Origin: Octopus bimaculoides
Taxonomy: Eukaryota
Assembly (NCBI RefSeq): GCF_001194135.2
Contig: NC_068983.1
Location: forward strand, 49,378,357 to 49,429,812
Length of the DNA stretch: 51,456 bases
Reading direction: 5' to 3'
Part shown: positions 25,073-36,867 of the stretch, piece after piece
Numbering within the stretch: the first letter of the stretch is position 1
Layout: every line of letters starts with the position of its first letter
Position numbers and translations under genes: made by a program
Notes under the pieces: generated by a model
Database searches by the model: none
Seen by the model: the letters and a program-made list of their open reading frames with translations, nothing else
Told to the model about the DNA's origin: nothing

Positions 25073-25261
25073 ATAACTTGGCAAAAGAACTAATAGAATA
25101 CAATTATTTCTCCGTTCCTCTGAACAGTAAACTATTAGAATACAATTACCATTTACACTTACACATTTATTTGATTAATTGATCTTCCATCATAATTAGA
25201 TCTTATTCCTCTGTGAGTACATATATTCCAATTAGATTTGATTACATTTTATTTTTTAAAG

Positions 25262-25295
25262 TATGACTAATGCTCTTTGGAGACGTACTTGCCAA
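25262..25295 (+). CDS. Candidate exon 4 (MTNALWRRTCQ), 34 nt
   Basis: Acceptor ttttattttttaaag, consensus donor CAA|gtaagt, only one open frame (phase 2 to 0). Confidence 0.55.
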
Positions 25296-25998
25296 GTAAG
25301 TGATCTGATCTGAAACGGTGCGTTGAAACTATAACGATTACAACGGAGAAGACATGTTAGCTATTCAAAAATACACAAAGTCTGTTCACGTCATTCTAAC
25401 ATTATTCAATTGGTGTCAGTGACCATGTTGCAGTTTGTACGACGAAATATTTAACACCAAATTATAAATTCTTAAGTAAAATAAACAGTCTTTGTATGTA
25501 TTTGAATGACTGGTGCATCTTCCACTCTCTAATAATGCTAATAAATTTTATATCTGTTAGGCCACTTTAACATGCACATAGATAAACGCGGTATTTTTCT
25601 TAGTTTATGAATAAAGATTCCGATTCTACATCCTGTTTGAAACTATGTCTACATCCAAGAATATAATATGTGACGTTGATTGGAAACCAAATTTATGAAA
25701 ATGCAGTATGTGTTGTAAATATAGTAAAACATTTAATCTCTAAATATGACGTTAATAATCATGAAAATTATAATCTGATTTACAATTCATCTCAAACAAT
25801 TATACATTCATTTGTATATGAATGACAGGTTGTTTGTTGATTATGAGGAATGAGATAGTTATGTTTTATTTGTATTTAATAGAAAATGTTCAGTTCATGT
25901 GATAAACTGCGATTAAATTGAGAAAGGAATGGATGTGATTCGTATGTCGTGTCCTAATGAAGCAAAGTTGGAATAGACATGCGTATAATGGAAATGCT

Positions 25999-26202
25999 GA
26001 GGCAGGTGACATCACATCAGGTATTGAGCGGCTAAAGTATGATAGAAAAACAGTATCAGCTGTCTTGCTGTTGAGGACCAAGATACCTATTCCTGTTGGT
26101 GCTTGGGAACAGATATCTTGGTCCTCGACAGCGAGACAGCTGATACTGTTTTTTTTTATCATACTTAAGCATCTCAACACCTGATATAAAGTCATTTGCC
26201 TC
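25999..26202. mobile_element. ~200-bp palindromic MITE-like foldback
   Basis: Arms ...ACAGTATCAGCTGTCTTGCTGTTGAGGACCAAGATA... and ...TATCTTGGTCCTCGACAGCGAGACAGCTGATACTGT..., loop of about 10 nt. Confidence 0.7.
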
Positions 26203-26261
26203 CCTACTACACCTTGTTCATTCCAGGGACCTCTTGTTGTGCAACTTATTTGCCTTCCTCA

Positions 26262-26500
26262 CAAGTGCCAGTGCCATAAAAAGAAGCACTCAGTATACTT
26301 CGTAATGTTGTTGGCATCAGGAAGAGCATCCAGTTATAGAAACCACGTTTAAAGCAGACACAGCTGGACTCAGTTCTCTGGCTCGTCGCATCCTGTCTGT
26401 CGAACCATCTAACAGCTTGGAAGATTGGCATTAAACAATGAAGGTGACCATGGAGATGATGACGATGATGACGATGATGACGACGACGATGACGACGCTG
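26262..26500 (+). mobile_element. Degenerate RTE 3' UTR fragment with (GAT/GAC)n tail
   Basis: GTTGGCATCAGGAAGAGCATCCAG block homologous to 50345-50485. Confidence 0.6.
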
Positions 26501-28981
26501 TTAAAAACAAAATAAAACAATCATCAAAGACCAACTAACACATCACACATTACATACAAATATGTACAATTGCAAAATAACAAATATTAAAACACAATAA
26601 AAGCATTGTACACCTAAATACGATTGCTGAAAAACTCAATCAAAAAACAAAAGGAGAAATACATTGCTATTACGTTCTATTGAAAAGCAAAATCAAACAT
26701 TAAACGTAAATATCAAAGGATAATAAATACATCAAATACTGCAATCAACTGCAAAATACAAACATCAAACGTGACATTAAAAAGTAAAAGCAAAATACAT
26801 CCTGCAACGTTTAATTTTACATTATATTACAGGTGTAGCAGCAAAAATCAGAGGCCCTCTGGTTATTATAGTGTTAAATGCACCTCCCATCATATGAGAG
26901 GTAGGATAAAGCAGTCAGCCGAAAACCTAAAACCATTGTTACAGTTAATATTATAGAAGTAATGATGATAATGATGATGACGACAACGACGACGACGATA
27001 ATGATGCTGACATCAATGATGATGATGATGATGATGATGCTGATGATGATAATGGTGATGACAACAACGACGATAAAGCCTACGACGCCGGCAACGATGG
27101 CAATTGAGGTAATGTGTACGGTGGTATGAGAATTTAAATATTTGTACTTCTCAGCTAATTCCTTGTTGTATGATTTGAATCCGTCATTAAATAGTAATGG
27201 TCAACAGTGGCAAGTGGCAGGACTATTTCTTTTCTTGTTTCCAAAAACAGTGAACTAAATCTCAAAAGAGGTTCATTTTGATTTGGTTCTGAAAATTCAG
27301 ATATTGGAAGAATATTCACATGATGGGGCTGGAATTCTCTCTGCATATTTTCTTTGCAATTAACTCTCATGGGCACCGTATAAATAACATAGATACAGTT
27401 TTGGGACATTACTGAAATTGGTTTCTGTTGGTCATAATTCTTTTGTATATAAGAAGTTTACGATTTGACAGTAGTACGTTTCATTAGCCGTCAAATTAAA
27501 GTTAACAAATTACAGATGTAATGCAATTTTCCCTCAATGTAAAGAAATATATAAAAACTACTTGCTTCGTTTTATTTTGAATAAAAGGTAAACATTGATG
27601 CCCTTATGATGTTCAAAATCAATAGAGTCATTGCAATGTTAATACCATTGATTTTTCAATTACATTTCACAATGTAATGAGTAACTTAGTGATATGCAGC
27701 GCTACGTAAAATGCCTTTTCTGAAATCATTCTCCTCCTCCTGCCTCATATCCTTCCAATTTCTAACTACAGGAAATGCTATTATGCTAAAAGAATAACTA
27801 AAATTCTCAGCTAATCTCTACTAAAGTTGCTCTAGTCAGTCATCACTTAATGGTATTATGTTACAACCATTTTCCCTTAAAGGGATATTTTTGCACTGGT
27901 TGATAAATAGGATGCAAGCTATAGAGAATTAAGCTTAATATCCCTCAGAGAGTACCCATCAAAGGAAGCACATTTTTCTAGAGAGATTTATCAGTACCAG
28001 ATCAATAGTTTGAGAGTTTTGGACAAATTCACTACAGATGAGAATAAAATACATTTATTCTTAACCATAAACTACTACAAATAAATAAAAGAAATGAACT
28101 GATGGGAATAAAAGTTCCTCTGCAGTTAATTCTTTACAGATTTGACATTGCACATCACACTTTAGCCTGACAAAAGCTATAAAGCGAATTGACATATGTT
28201 ATTAAAATGCTTTGAGGTGAGTCAATACAAAGTTTAGCAAAATCAGATTGGTAGCATCAATAAACATTTACTCTACCAACTGAGAAGTTTAGATATCCTT
28301 GTGACAGTATGTTTCTATACAATATATACTCAAATGATTAACATATAGACTAAAACAGCAAACTTGATATGGCATAAGTATAGCATATTTTTGTTTATCA
28401 CATCAGAGTGAAAGATTACAAATATTATTGAAAATGAATAAATACGTAAATACTTAGCGAAGCTCTTAAGAAGCTCTAGTGCTAATCTCCCTGAAAGAAG
28501 TGTAATTTCTTCATAAATATAAGTAGATAGTTTGGGGTGGGGTCATTTAATAACGGTACTTGATTATTTTTTTTGTTTTCATCTTTTTATCCTGATGAAG
28601 TGGGGAGGCCCATCGCAATTAAATAAATTGCAATGCTAATTACATAATCATGTCACTAATGAGGATTTTATTTCTTTGAACAGGTGTCGAGAACAAGTTA
28701 TAAATCTTTTTTCCTGTATACTGTTCTAATTGTACTAAGTCACGTTAATTAGGAGTTAATCATATTAACAAAACATTGTCATCATAACTGGATTATGTAC
28801 TTATATTCATATTTGCGTACATGTATGAGCTGGATATATCTACGATATAACAGATTTATACTACTTTTCTTGTATTTTTGATTCTTTGCTATAAATAGTA
28901 CATTTTCATCTATATTTTCTTCCTTTCTTATATTCTATTTTTGACCTTATATCTATCTATCTATCTATCTTTCTATCTATA

Positions 28982-29014
<33 letters not shown>

Positions 29015-30235
29015 NNNNNNNNNNNNNNNNNNNNNNNNNNNNNNNNNNNNNNNNNNNNNNNNNNNNNNNNNNNNNNNNNNNNNNNNNNNNNNNNNNNNNN
29101 NNNNNNNNNNNNNNNNNNNNNNNNNNNNNNNNNNNNNNNNNNNNNNNNNNNNNNNNNNNNNNNNNNNNNNNNNNNNNNNNNNNNNNNNNNNNNNNNNNNN
29201 NNNNNNNNNNNNNNNNNNNNNNNNNNNNNNNNNNNNNNNNNNNNNNNNNNNNNNNNNNNNNNNNNNNNNNNNNNNNNNNNNNNNNNNNNNNNNNNNNNNN
29301 NNNNNNNNNNNNNNNNNNNNNNNNNNNNNNNNNNNNNNNNNNNNNNNNNNNNNNNNNNNNNNNNNNNNNNNNNNNNNNNNNNNNNNNNNNNNNNNNNNNN
29401 NNNNNNNNNNNNNNNNNNNNNNNNNNNNNNNNNNNNNNNNNNNNNNNNNNNNNNNNNNNNNNNNNNNNNNNNNNNNNNNNNNNNNNNNNNNNNNNNNNNN
29501 NNNNNNNNNNNNNNNNNNNNNNNNNNNNNNNNNNNNNNNNNNNNNNNNNNNNNNNNNNNNNNNNNNNNNNNNNNNNNNNNNNNNNNNNNNNNNNNNNNNN
29601 NNNNNNNNNNNNNNNNNNNNNNNNNNNNNNNNNNNNNNNNNNNNNNNNNNNNNNNNNNNNNNNNNNNNNNNNNNNNNNNNNNAAATTTAAATAATAAGGG
29701 TGAAACATTGAATATTAATTTGATTAATATCAATTTAAAACCAGTGGCCTTAGCATATTGAAAAATCTGAAGATTCAGAAAAATTATATTACATACATAT
29801 AAGATATCTTTTCATTTGTCTTGCTATCTAAGGTATCTTTTCATTTGTCTGACTCGCTTACGTCCTGGCGTTTACTGAATTTTCTTGAGAACAATTTTTT
29901 CTTAGTGGTAAGACCATAAGGGATTTACTTCTAGCATAATGGATGTCCACTTAGTGGTCATCCCTCTTATATGTATGTATATATATATTCCATGAGTTAA
30001 AAAAAAGCAGTTCTCTCACTAGTGCACCTATGTTAAAATTTCCATAAAATATTTTGAATTTTCAATCTTGTCTAGCTTTTTTAACTCAATTTTTTGTTGT
30101 TGCTAAGAAAATAATATACATACATACATACATACATACATACACACATACATACACACATACATACACACATACATACACACATACATACATACATACA
30201 TACATACATATCGTTCTATATTTTAGAGGTAAGGA

Positions 30236-30745
30236 ATTCTGTACGTTATTTGCATTGGACGGATATGGGTTCTCATCTTGTTTGTTGATACCACAGCATT
30301 TCGGCTGATTTACTCTCCAGCCGTCATCAGGTGTCCTGGTAGAATTTTGAACCCAACACTGGGTTCTCATTCCTAAGGTATATTTTGCTGATGTTATTAT
30401 TATTATTTATTCAAGGCACTGCATGGAATTGAAATCGGAATCTTGAGGTTAGTTGCTCGTGCCCGTAGCATAGTGGTTAAAAGCGCGAGCTACTAGCCCC
30501 AAGATACCGAGTTCAATTCCTGGCAGTGCTTTGAATATATAATAACAACAACAACAACAACAATAATAATAATAATAATAACATCAGCAAAAAAAATACC
30601 TTAGGAATGAGAACCCAGCGTCGGGTTCAAAATTCTACCAGGACACCTGGTGAAGGCTGTAGAATAAATCAGCTGAAACGTTGTGGTAATAACAAATAAG
30701 ATGAGGACACATATCCTTCTAATGTATATAATGTAAATAATATAA
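30236..30745 (+). mobile_element. Full tRNA-head / (AAT)n / hammerhead element (30461-30745, +) preceded by an inverted 5'-truncated copy (30236-30458)
   Basis: A box TAGCATAGTGG (30466-76), B box GAGTTCAATTCC (30509-20), (AAC/AAT)n linker, core CTGGTGA-A-GGCTG..CAGCT-GAAACGTT (30647-30682). Minus arm retains CTGATGA (30324-30330) and stem II. Confidence 0.85.
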
Positions 30746-30764
30746 ATACGTGCATACATATATG

Positions 30765-31035
30765 TATGACGCTATAGTAAAAGTATTGCTTTCCAGCCAA
30801 ATGACTCTGGGTTCGATCTCACTGCGTGGTAAGTTAAGCAAGTGTGTTATTCTACAGCCCCTGGATAAACGAGAATCACTGTTATGCAAGCGGTGTCCTT
30901 TATTTCCGTGTCTGATATGGAAACAAGCAAGGGAGATGGCTGTGTCCGGTCATAGAAAATCTGCGTCAACAAATTCAGTTTGACACGAGAGCACGAGTAA
31001 GTGGATGTTAGAACCATGATGATGATAATTATGAT
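30765..31035 (+). mobile_element. Degenerate SINE with tRNA/CORE-like head and RTE-like (GAT)n tail
   Basis: GGGTTCGATCTC B box, TAAGCAAGTGTGTTATTCTACAGC CORE-like block, 3' GTGGATGTTAGAACCATGATGATGAT similar to the RTE tail. Confidence 0.55.
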
Positions 31036-31631
31036 GTGTAGGCGAAGGCATAGTGTGTGGTTAGACGCTCAGTTTGGGATTCATTCCAATGGTGTGGCAC
31101 TTTAGAGAGCCTGAGGGCTGACCAAAACTTGCCAGTGGGCTTGTTAGGTAGCTTCAAAGTAAGCATTTCATACGTACGTGTGTGTGTGTGTGTGTGTCTG
31201 TGTGTGAGTGTGTGTGTGTGTGTGTGTGTGTCTGTGTGCGTGCGTGTGTGTGTGTGTGTGNNNNNNNNNNNNNNNNNNNNNNNNNNNNNNNNNNNNNNNN
31301 NNNNNNNNNNNNNNNNNNNNNNNNNNNNNNNNNNNNNNNNNNNNNNNNNNNNNNNNNNNNNNNNNNNNNNNNNNNNNNNNNNNNNNNNNNNNNNNNNNNN
31401 NNNNNNNNNNNNNNNNNNNNNNNNNNNNNNNNNNNNNNNNNNNNNNNNNNNNNNNNNNNNNNNNNNNNNNNNNNNNNNNNNNNNNNNNNNNNNNNNNNNN
31501 NNNNNNNNNNNNNNNNNNNNNNNNNNNNNNNNNNNNNNNNNNNNNNNNNNNNNNNNNNNNNNNNNNNNNNNNNNNNNNNNNNNNNNNNNNNNNNNNNNNN
31601 NNNNNNNNNNNNNNNNNNNNNNNNNNNNNNN

Positions 31632-31669
<38 letters not shown>

Positions 31670-33502
31670 ATATAAGTATGTATGTAGCCATATATATATT
31701 TTCACAATTTCGTCAATTTGCCACTGAACACTACACTTCAGAAAATACATTTTTTAGGTAAAAAAAAAAAAAACCGAAGTTATAACATTATATATAAAAA
31801 TATTAATGCTTCAAAGAGGAGACAATTTATTTGAAATGTTGTAAATCCAGATAAGAAAACTCTTAATTCACACTCACTGAAGTTTGCTAAATGTTTTGAT
31901 AAGTAGGTGGATCAACTTATCAGTTTTCTTCAAAGATTTAGTTGATCTTAAGAGTAAGTCCCTTTTTACTCAGCTATCATATAAAGCTGTTTGTATTAAA
32001 ATACTTCTGTAGATTCTTAATTCGCTTATATACTTTTTTTTCTTGCTATCAAATATACTAAAACAACATTTATAGTATGATATTGTTCTTCAGTGGTTTC
32101 ATATAAGACAACATTGAAAGAAACGTCTATCAGTTAAGGATTAAATAAAAAATGACCGAGAGAGGGGGAAGAGAGAGAGAAAGAGAGAGAATAAGTTGCG
32201 ATTTATTTTGAAGTATCATCAGTAAATATTAGATTAATCGCTGTAACTATAATCCTGAAGTATCGTTATTCGGACATCTTAAAGTCTGCAACCATTTCTT
32301 TCCTATATCAATTACATCTCTTCTGCAGTCAATACCATGAGGAATGATCATAATACATGAAATTTACAATCTAAGATAAATCTACTGATATGCAATGTCA
32401 GTAATAGATGATGGTCTTTTCTTAAACTTTATGGAATCTTGGAACCTATGCAATAATATATTTAATGTTACTAAAATGTTGTATGAGAAATTTTATGGGC
32501 CTCCAGACGTCAGCTTGCCGATTTCGTTCATTAAATCATGCCTTTAAAATTGGGAAAAATCTATAATACTATCTTATGGTGATTTGTATTTGGGTTTTGA
32601 GCAACTAAATATTGTGTGTTGCTTACAAGGTTATGGATGTAAACATTCCCTAGCAATGAATATAGCAAGTAATGTTTCACAACCCATTTGGTCTGAGGCA
32701 TTAGTGAAGGTTTTATATAATCATACAAAAGCAGATACACACTGGAGTAGTTTTATTTCACATTAACGAACGAAGTCTTGAGCACTACAATGAGGTTAAC
32801 AAAACATCTATCAGTTATATGTATCACGCACTTCTTACAAGGGTGAACTATATACATCTACAGAGTATCTGTTTTAAGAGAGGCTAACAAAGCATTCAGT
32901 ATTATGAGTATTTCTTGTGAATCTATACCACGTTGTGCTTTTTGTGCTGTTACCCAATAGCTTATTGATGTGGCTTATCGTTGCCCTCCTTAGTTAATAT
33001 AGAAAACCAGATCCCAGTTGCACTTTTAATAGTTTAATTACGGATGAGTAGAGACACGATTTTTACAAGACCACCAAGAGTAGCAGAGGGAGAGGAGAAA
33101 GACACCATAATTTAGTTTGTTGACGTTAGGCAATGTATTTCAATATATGGTATTAATTCATATTGAAAAATCTAGTCTGAATTCTGTTACCAAAGTGTGT
33201 ACTCCAACCAAATTACTTAGAGGTCGGGTGGTAGCTTTAAATGTAAATTTTTAATGCGGTTTTGATTCCCATTCTTTGGGAAAGTACATCATTTTCCTGA
33301 TGCTCCAGACCACTCAGGTGTAAATGACTTGCAGAAATACATAGGAAGATAAGCCTATAATGGTCCAACATCCCATTCCAAGTAAGGAGTGCTGTGATTT
33401 CAATAATATGCAGTGGAATACACACATACGCGCACACACACTCACACAAGCACACACAGTTTAAGGCTTCAGAAAAATGTCCACTCAGCATAATAGTCCT
33501 GT

Positions 33503-33820
33503 GAGAGCACGTAGCTTAGTGGTTAGGGTGTTTGGCTCGCGATCTTAAAGTCGTGAGTTCGATTCCTGCCGACGTGTTTTGTCCTTGATCAAGACACTTT
33601 ATTTCGCCTTGCTTCACAGTCCACTCACCAAGTAAGCACCTGTAATTCAAAGGGTCAGTCTGGTCACTTTCTGTGTCACGCTGAATCTCCTTTAGAACTA
33701 CGTTAATGATACACGTGTCTGTGGAGTGGTCAGTCAGTTGCACATTAATTTCGCGAGCGGGCTGTTCCGTTGATCGGATCAACTAGAACACTCGATTTCG
33801 TCGTAACAGACGGAGTGTTA
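33503..33820 (+). mobile_element. tRNA-derived SINE (head type A, tail type Y)
   Basis: A box TAGCTTAGTGG, B box GAGTTCGATTCC. Paralogue of 14617-14931. Confidence 0.85.
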
Positions 33821-33994
33821 GTATAATAGTTATAGTATGCAGGGAAAAAAATTAATCGACAATTTAATATGCAAAAAAAAGACTGTAATAAATAAATTGA
33901 AAAAGTTCGATGAGTTCTCAAGTTTACTTTCAAGCAAAACTTATCCTAACATAGGCACAAGGCCTAAAATGTTGGGGAGGGTAACAGTTAGTTA

Positions 33995-34135
33995 CATCAA
34001 CCCCAGTGCTCAACTGCTACTTATTTTATCGACCCAGAAAAGATGAAAGGCAAAGTCGACCTCGGCGGAATTTGAACTCAAAACTTACAAAATGCCGCAA
34101 AGCATTTTACCATTTGAGCTACTCATTCTGCCTTA
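33995..34135 (-). mobile_element. Family D SINE fragment
   Basis: Reverse complement of the Nin-domain block. Confidence 0.75.
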
Positions 34136-34314
34136 CTGTTGAGAAAAGAACACCGGCAATATATTCAATGAAGAAAGACTAAAATCAAATTGACTGCTAA
34201 GATGGTGGTTTTGTATTTAATACTGAGATACAGAATGGAATGAACATTTATGGTGGGCTATTGAATACTGGGATTGATGCTGGCAATAGCATATTGTTTC
34301 TGTTGATGCCTCGT

Positions 34315-34575
34315 AAAAAGTACTTGTGCTGGTGTCACAAAAAGAAAAGCACTGGTGATGGTGCCGCGTAAAAGCCACTCAATACACTCTGTAAAGTAGT
34401 TGGCGTTAGGAAGAGTATCCAGCTCTAGAAATCAAGCGAAAACACACTATGGAACTTGGTGCGGCCTCTGCCGTTGCCAGTTCCGTTCAAACCATCCAAT
34501 CCATGCCAGCATGGAAGACGGACGTTAAGTATTGATAATGATCATGATGACGACGACGACGACGATAATAACGAT
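34315..34575 (+). mobile_element. Degenerate RTE 3' UTR fragment
   Basis: GTTGGCGTTAGGAAGAGTATCCAGCT...GCATGGAAGACGGACGTTAA with (GAT/GAC)n tail. Confidence 0.7.
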
Positions 34576-35725
34576 GAAAACTTTTTTCTGTCTAGTCAAA
34601 ATGCGATTCTTTTCTAAACCCTAAGGGAGATAATATAATATGCGTAACCAGTGAACTGCTGTGTAATAGGAAAATAGAAAACATTGACAGCTTAGACAGA
34701 AGCTTTGAAACAATAGAAATTGGAAAAATCCGTAGGATATGCAATCTGAGTTTGAAAGACAGGCTGGATTGGACTAAGCTGAGAAAGAGAGCTAAGTGTC
34801 AAAGGTATTAACTGACAAGTGCAAGTACGATAACTGCATTGATGTAATGGTAATTATTGATGCAGGTTGTGATAAAACATATTTCTGTGAAATCGTGAGA
34901 ACATTGTGTATAAATATGACAAACAACTCTTCAGAGATGTTATGAACAATGTTTACTCACTAGATTTGGCTAAATGTGATGCAGCTATAACATCGTCGTC
35001 AACATCTTCATCATCATCATCATTTTAACTAATGATTTGTAGGTATTACAAATACATGGTATTTCGTTATGCAACCATAATACATTATAAAGTATATTAA
35101 AGGTTTTTGTTAATCAATACAACATTCGGCTGCATTAGCAGACGTTTTTTTACATGATTTTGTTGAGGTTGTCTCTGCGGATATTCAATAGAAATCAAAG
35201 CCAGCACTGATTTTTGTTACGACGTTTCGTATCAAGTCGTCAGATGAAAACAAACAATGAGATCGAAGACAAAAACAGGTAATGAGTGTCTATACCATAT
35301 TGTTGTAGCAAATATCAGTGCTGACTATAATAATCTATACAATATCTCTAGTAATGACCTTAACAAAACCATCTTAAAGTCTCCTTATCCATGCTTGCGT
35401 GGAAAACTGTTAAGGCAGATTTTCTGTAGGTGTCGCCAACCATCAATTGTTTCTAAACAAATTTGGTTACAGACAACACCACTTGTTCGACGATGTCAAT
35501 CGTCATACAGCCATCATGTAATATCCAAACAAGAAGATACGAACACCAACTATAATATATNNNNNNNNNNNNNNNNNNNNNNNNNNNNNNNNNNNNNNNN
35601 NNNNNNNNNNNNNNNNNNNNNNNNNNNNNNNNNNNNNNNNNNNNNNNNNNNNNNNNNNNNNNNNATATATATATATATATATATATACATATATACATAC
35701 ATAGATACATACATGCATACATACA

Positions 35726-35780
35726 TACTGTTGTGTCTGGGGAGAGTCATTCTCTTTTGGTGCTTTTGTAATTGTCAGCA
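35726..35780 (-). mobile_element. Terminal arm of the 4202-4733 foldback family
   Basis: TACTGTTGTGTCTGGGGAGAGTCATTCTCTTTT matches the reverse complement of the arm end at 4700-4733. Confidence 0.65.
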
Positions 35781-35922
35781 CATGTAAAACTCTAACATTT
35801 ACACTGGTTCTGGTGGAACAATAACTTAAAAATAAACCAAGAATAAGAGGAAAGTATTTCAGTATAAATTTTAAATAAAGAACTTAAAATTTCAAATCAA
35901 AATCTAAAAGAGATTCAATCTT

Positions 35923-36259
35923 GAAGTAGTTATATGCTGTCAACTTAATGTGAGAGTCCTCCGAAGGAATAATACTACTGTTGGTTAGACCTAGGAAGTT
36001 GCACTGCTCCCTGTCGGCCTTGATACATTTCCTGTGTCCTTATGTTTACAAGGGGGAGACAAGCACCTCCAGCCAGCGAAGCCTGCATCCAGAGACTTGT
36101 TTCTGAGTCTTTGTTCGTCATCAGAAACATGTCTCGGATGCAGGCTTAGGAAATGTGTCAAGGCTGACAAGAAGCGGTACAGCTTCCTAGGTCTAACCAA
36201 CAGTAGTATTACTCACTTCAGGGGACTGTCACATTAAGTTGACAACATACAACTACTTC
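35923..36259. mobile_element. ~337-bp foldback with inner hairpin and asymmetric bulge
   Basis: GAAGTAGTTATATGCTGTCAACTTAATGTGA... vs ...TCACATTAAGTTGACAACATACAACTACTTC; inner AAGCCTGCATCC...GGATGCAGGCTT. Confidence 0.75.
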
Positions 36260-36867
36260 ATCGTATCACTACTGCATAAATCTCTCTGAGAGATTTAGAA
36301 ATGTATTATTTCGAGATACAATCTTGTCTCAACATTATTTAATAACAGCAAAAACAAAAAAAAAAAAACAAATACCTTTAAACTAGTTAGATTGTTAGTT
36401 TATTTTTACAATTTGCAACTATTTTTATTATTTTCACTAATTTTTACCTATTTTAAACAGATTTTACAATTTTAAACACATTGAAGTGTTACAAGTCTAA
36501 CTTTATTTTACTATGTTTAGTGATCTGACATAAATATCTCAGTTCTCTCATAGAACACAAAGGAAGAGATCTATTAGGAGAGACACCTCTGGAAAATATT
36601 TGGAGAAAAAAATTGCAAAAAGCATTTATATGTTTCCTCTTAAAAACATGTATTGTTAGTATTATAACAGAAATTCTATGATAGCTATAACATAAAAGCT
36701 GTGATATTTCTAATAGATTTATTTTGAATTAATAAACCTTTTACCATATCATAAATTCCAGTTTTTACTAAAGCTATAAGCTAAGTCTACGTATCAGTAA
36801 TCAGTAAAGTTCAGTTACATACATTTACCAAGTTGCTGAGAGAAGAATTATACCATCTGTAAAAGCC

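Noticed and set aside
26064-26135. Pre-miRNA-like 72-nt hairpin
   Set aside because: It is the centre of a 200-bp palindrome, so better explained as a MITE; not called a miRNA without reads.
28590-28625. CTGATGA-A-GTGGG-GAGG-CCCAT hammerhead-like start
   Set aside because: No GAAA after stem II and no stem I or III.
30461-30528. Possible tRNA genes at SINE heads (also 3100, 18828, 33503, 41905)
   Set aside because: A/B boxes are present but cloverleaves are imperfect and continue into repeat bodies; treated as SINE heads.
32540-32766. LKLGKIYN...LNIVCCLQ resembling the N-terminus of a LINE APE endonuclease
   Set aside because: Too degenerate; the catalytic Glu is absent and there are no downstream motifs.
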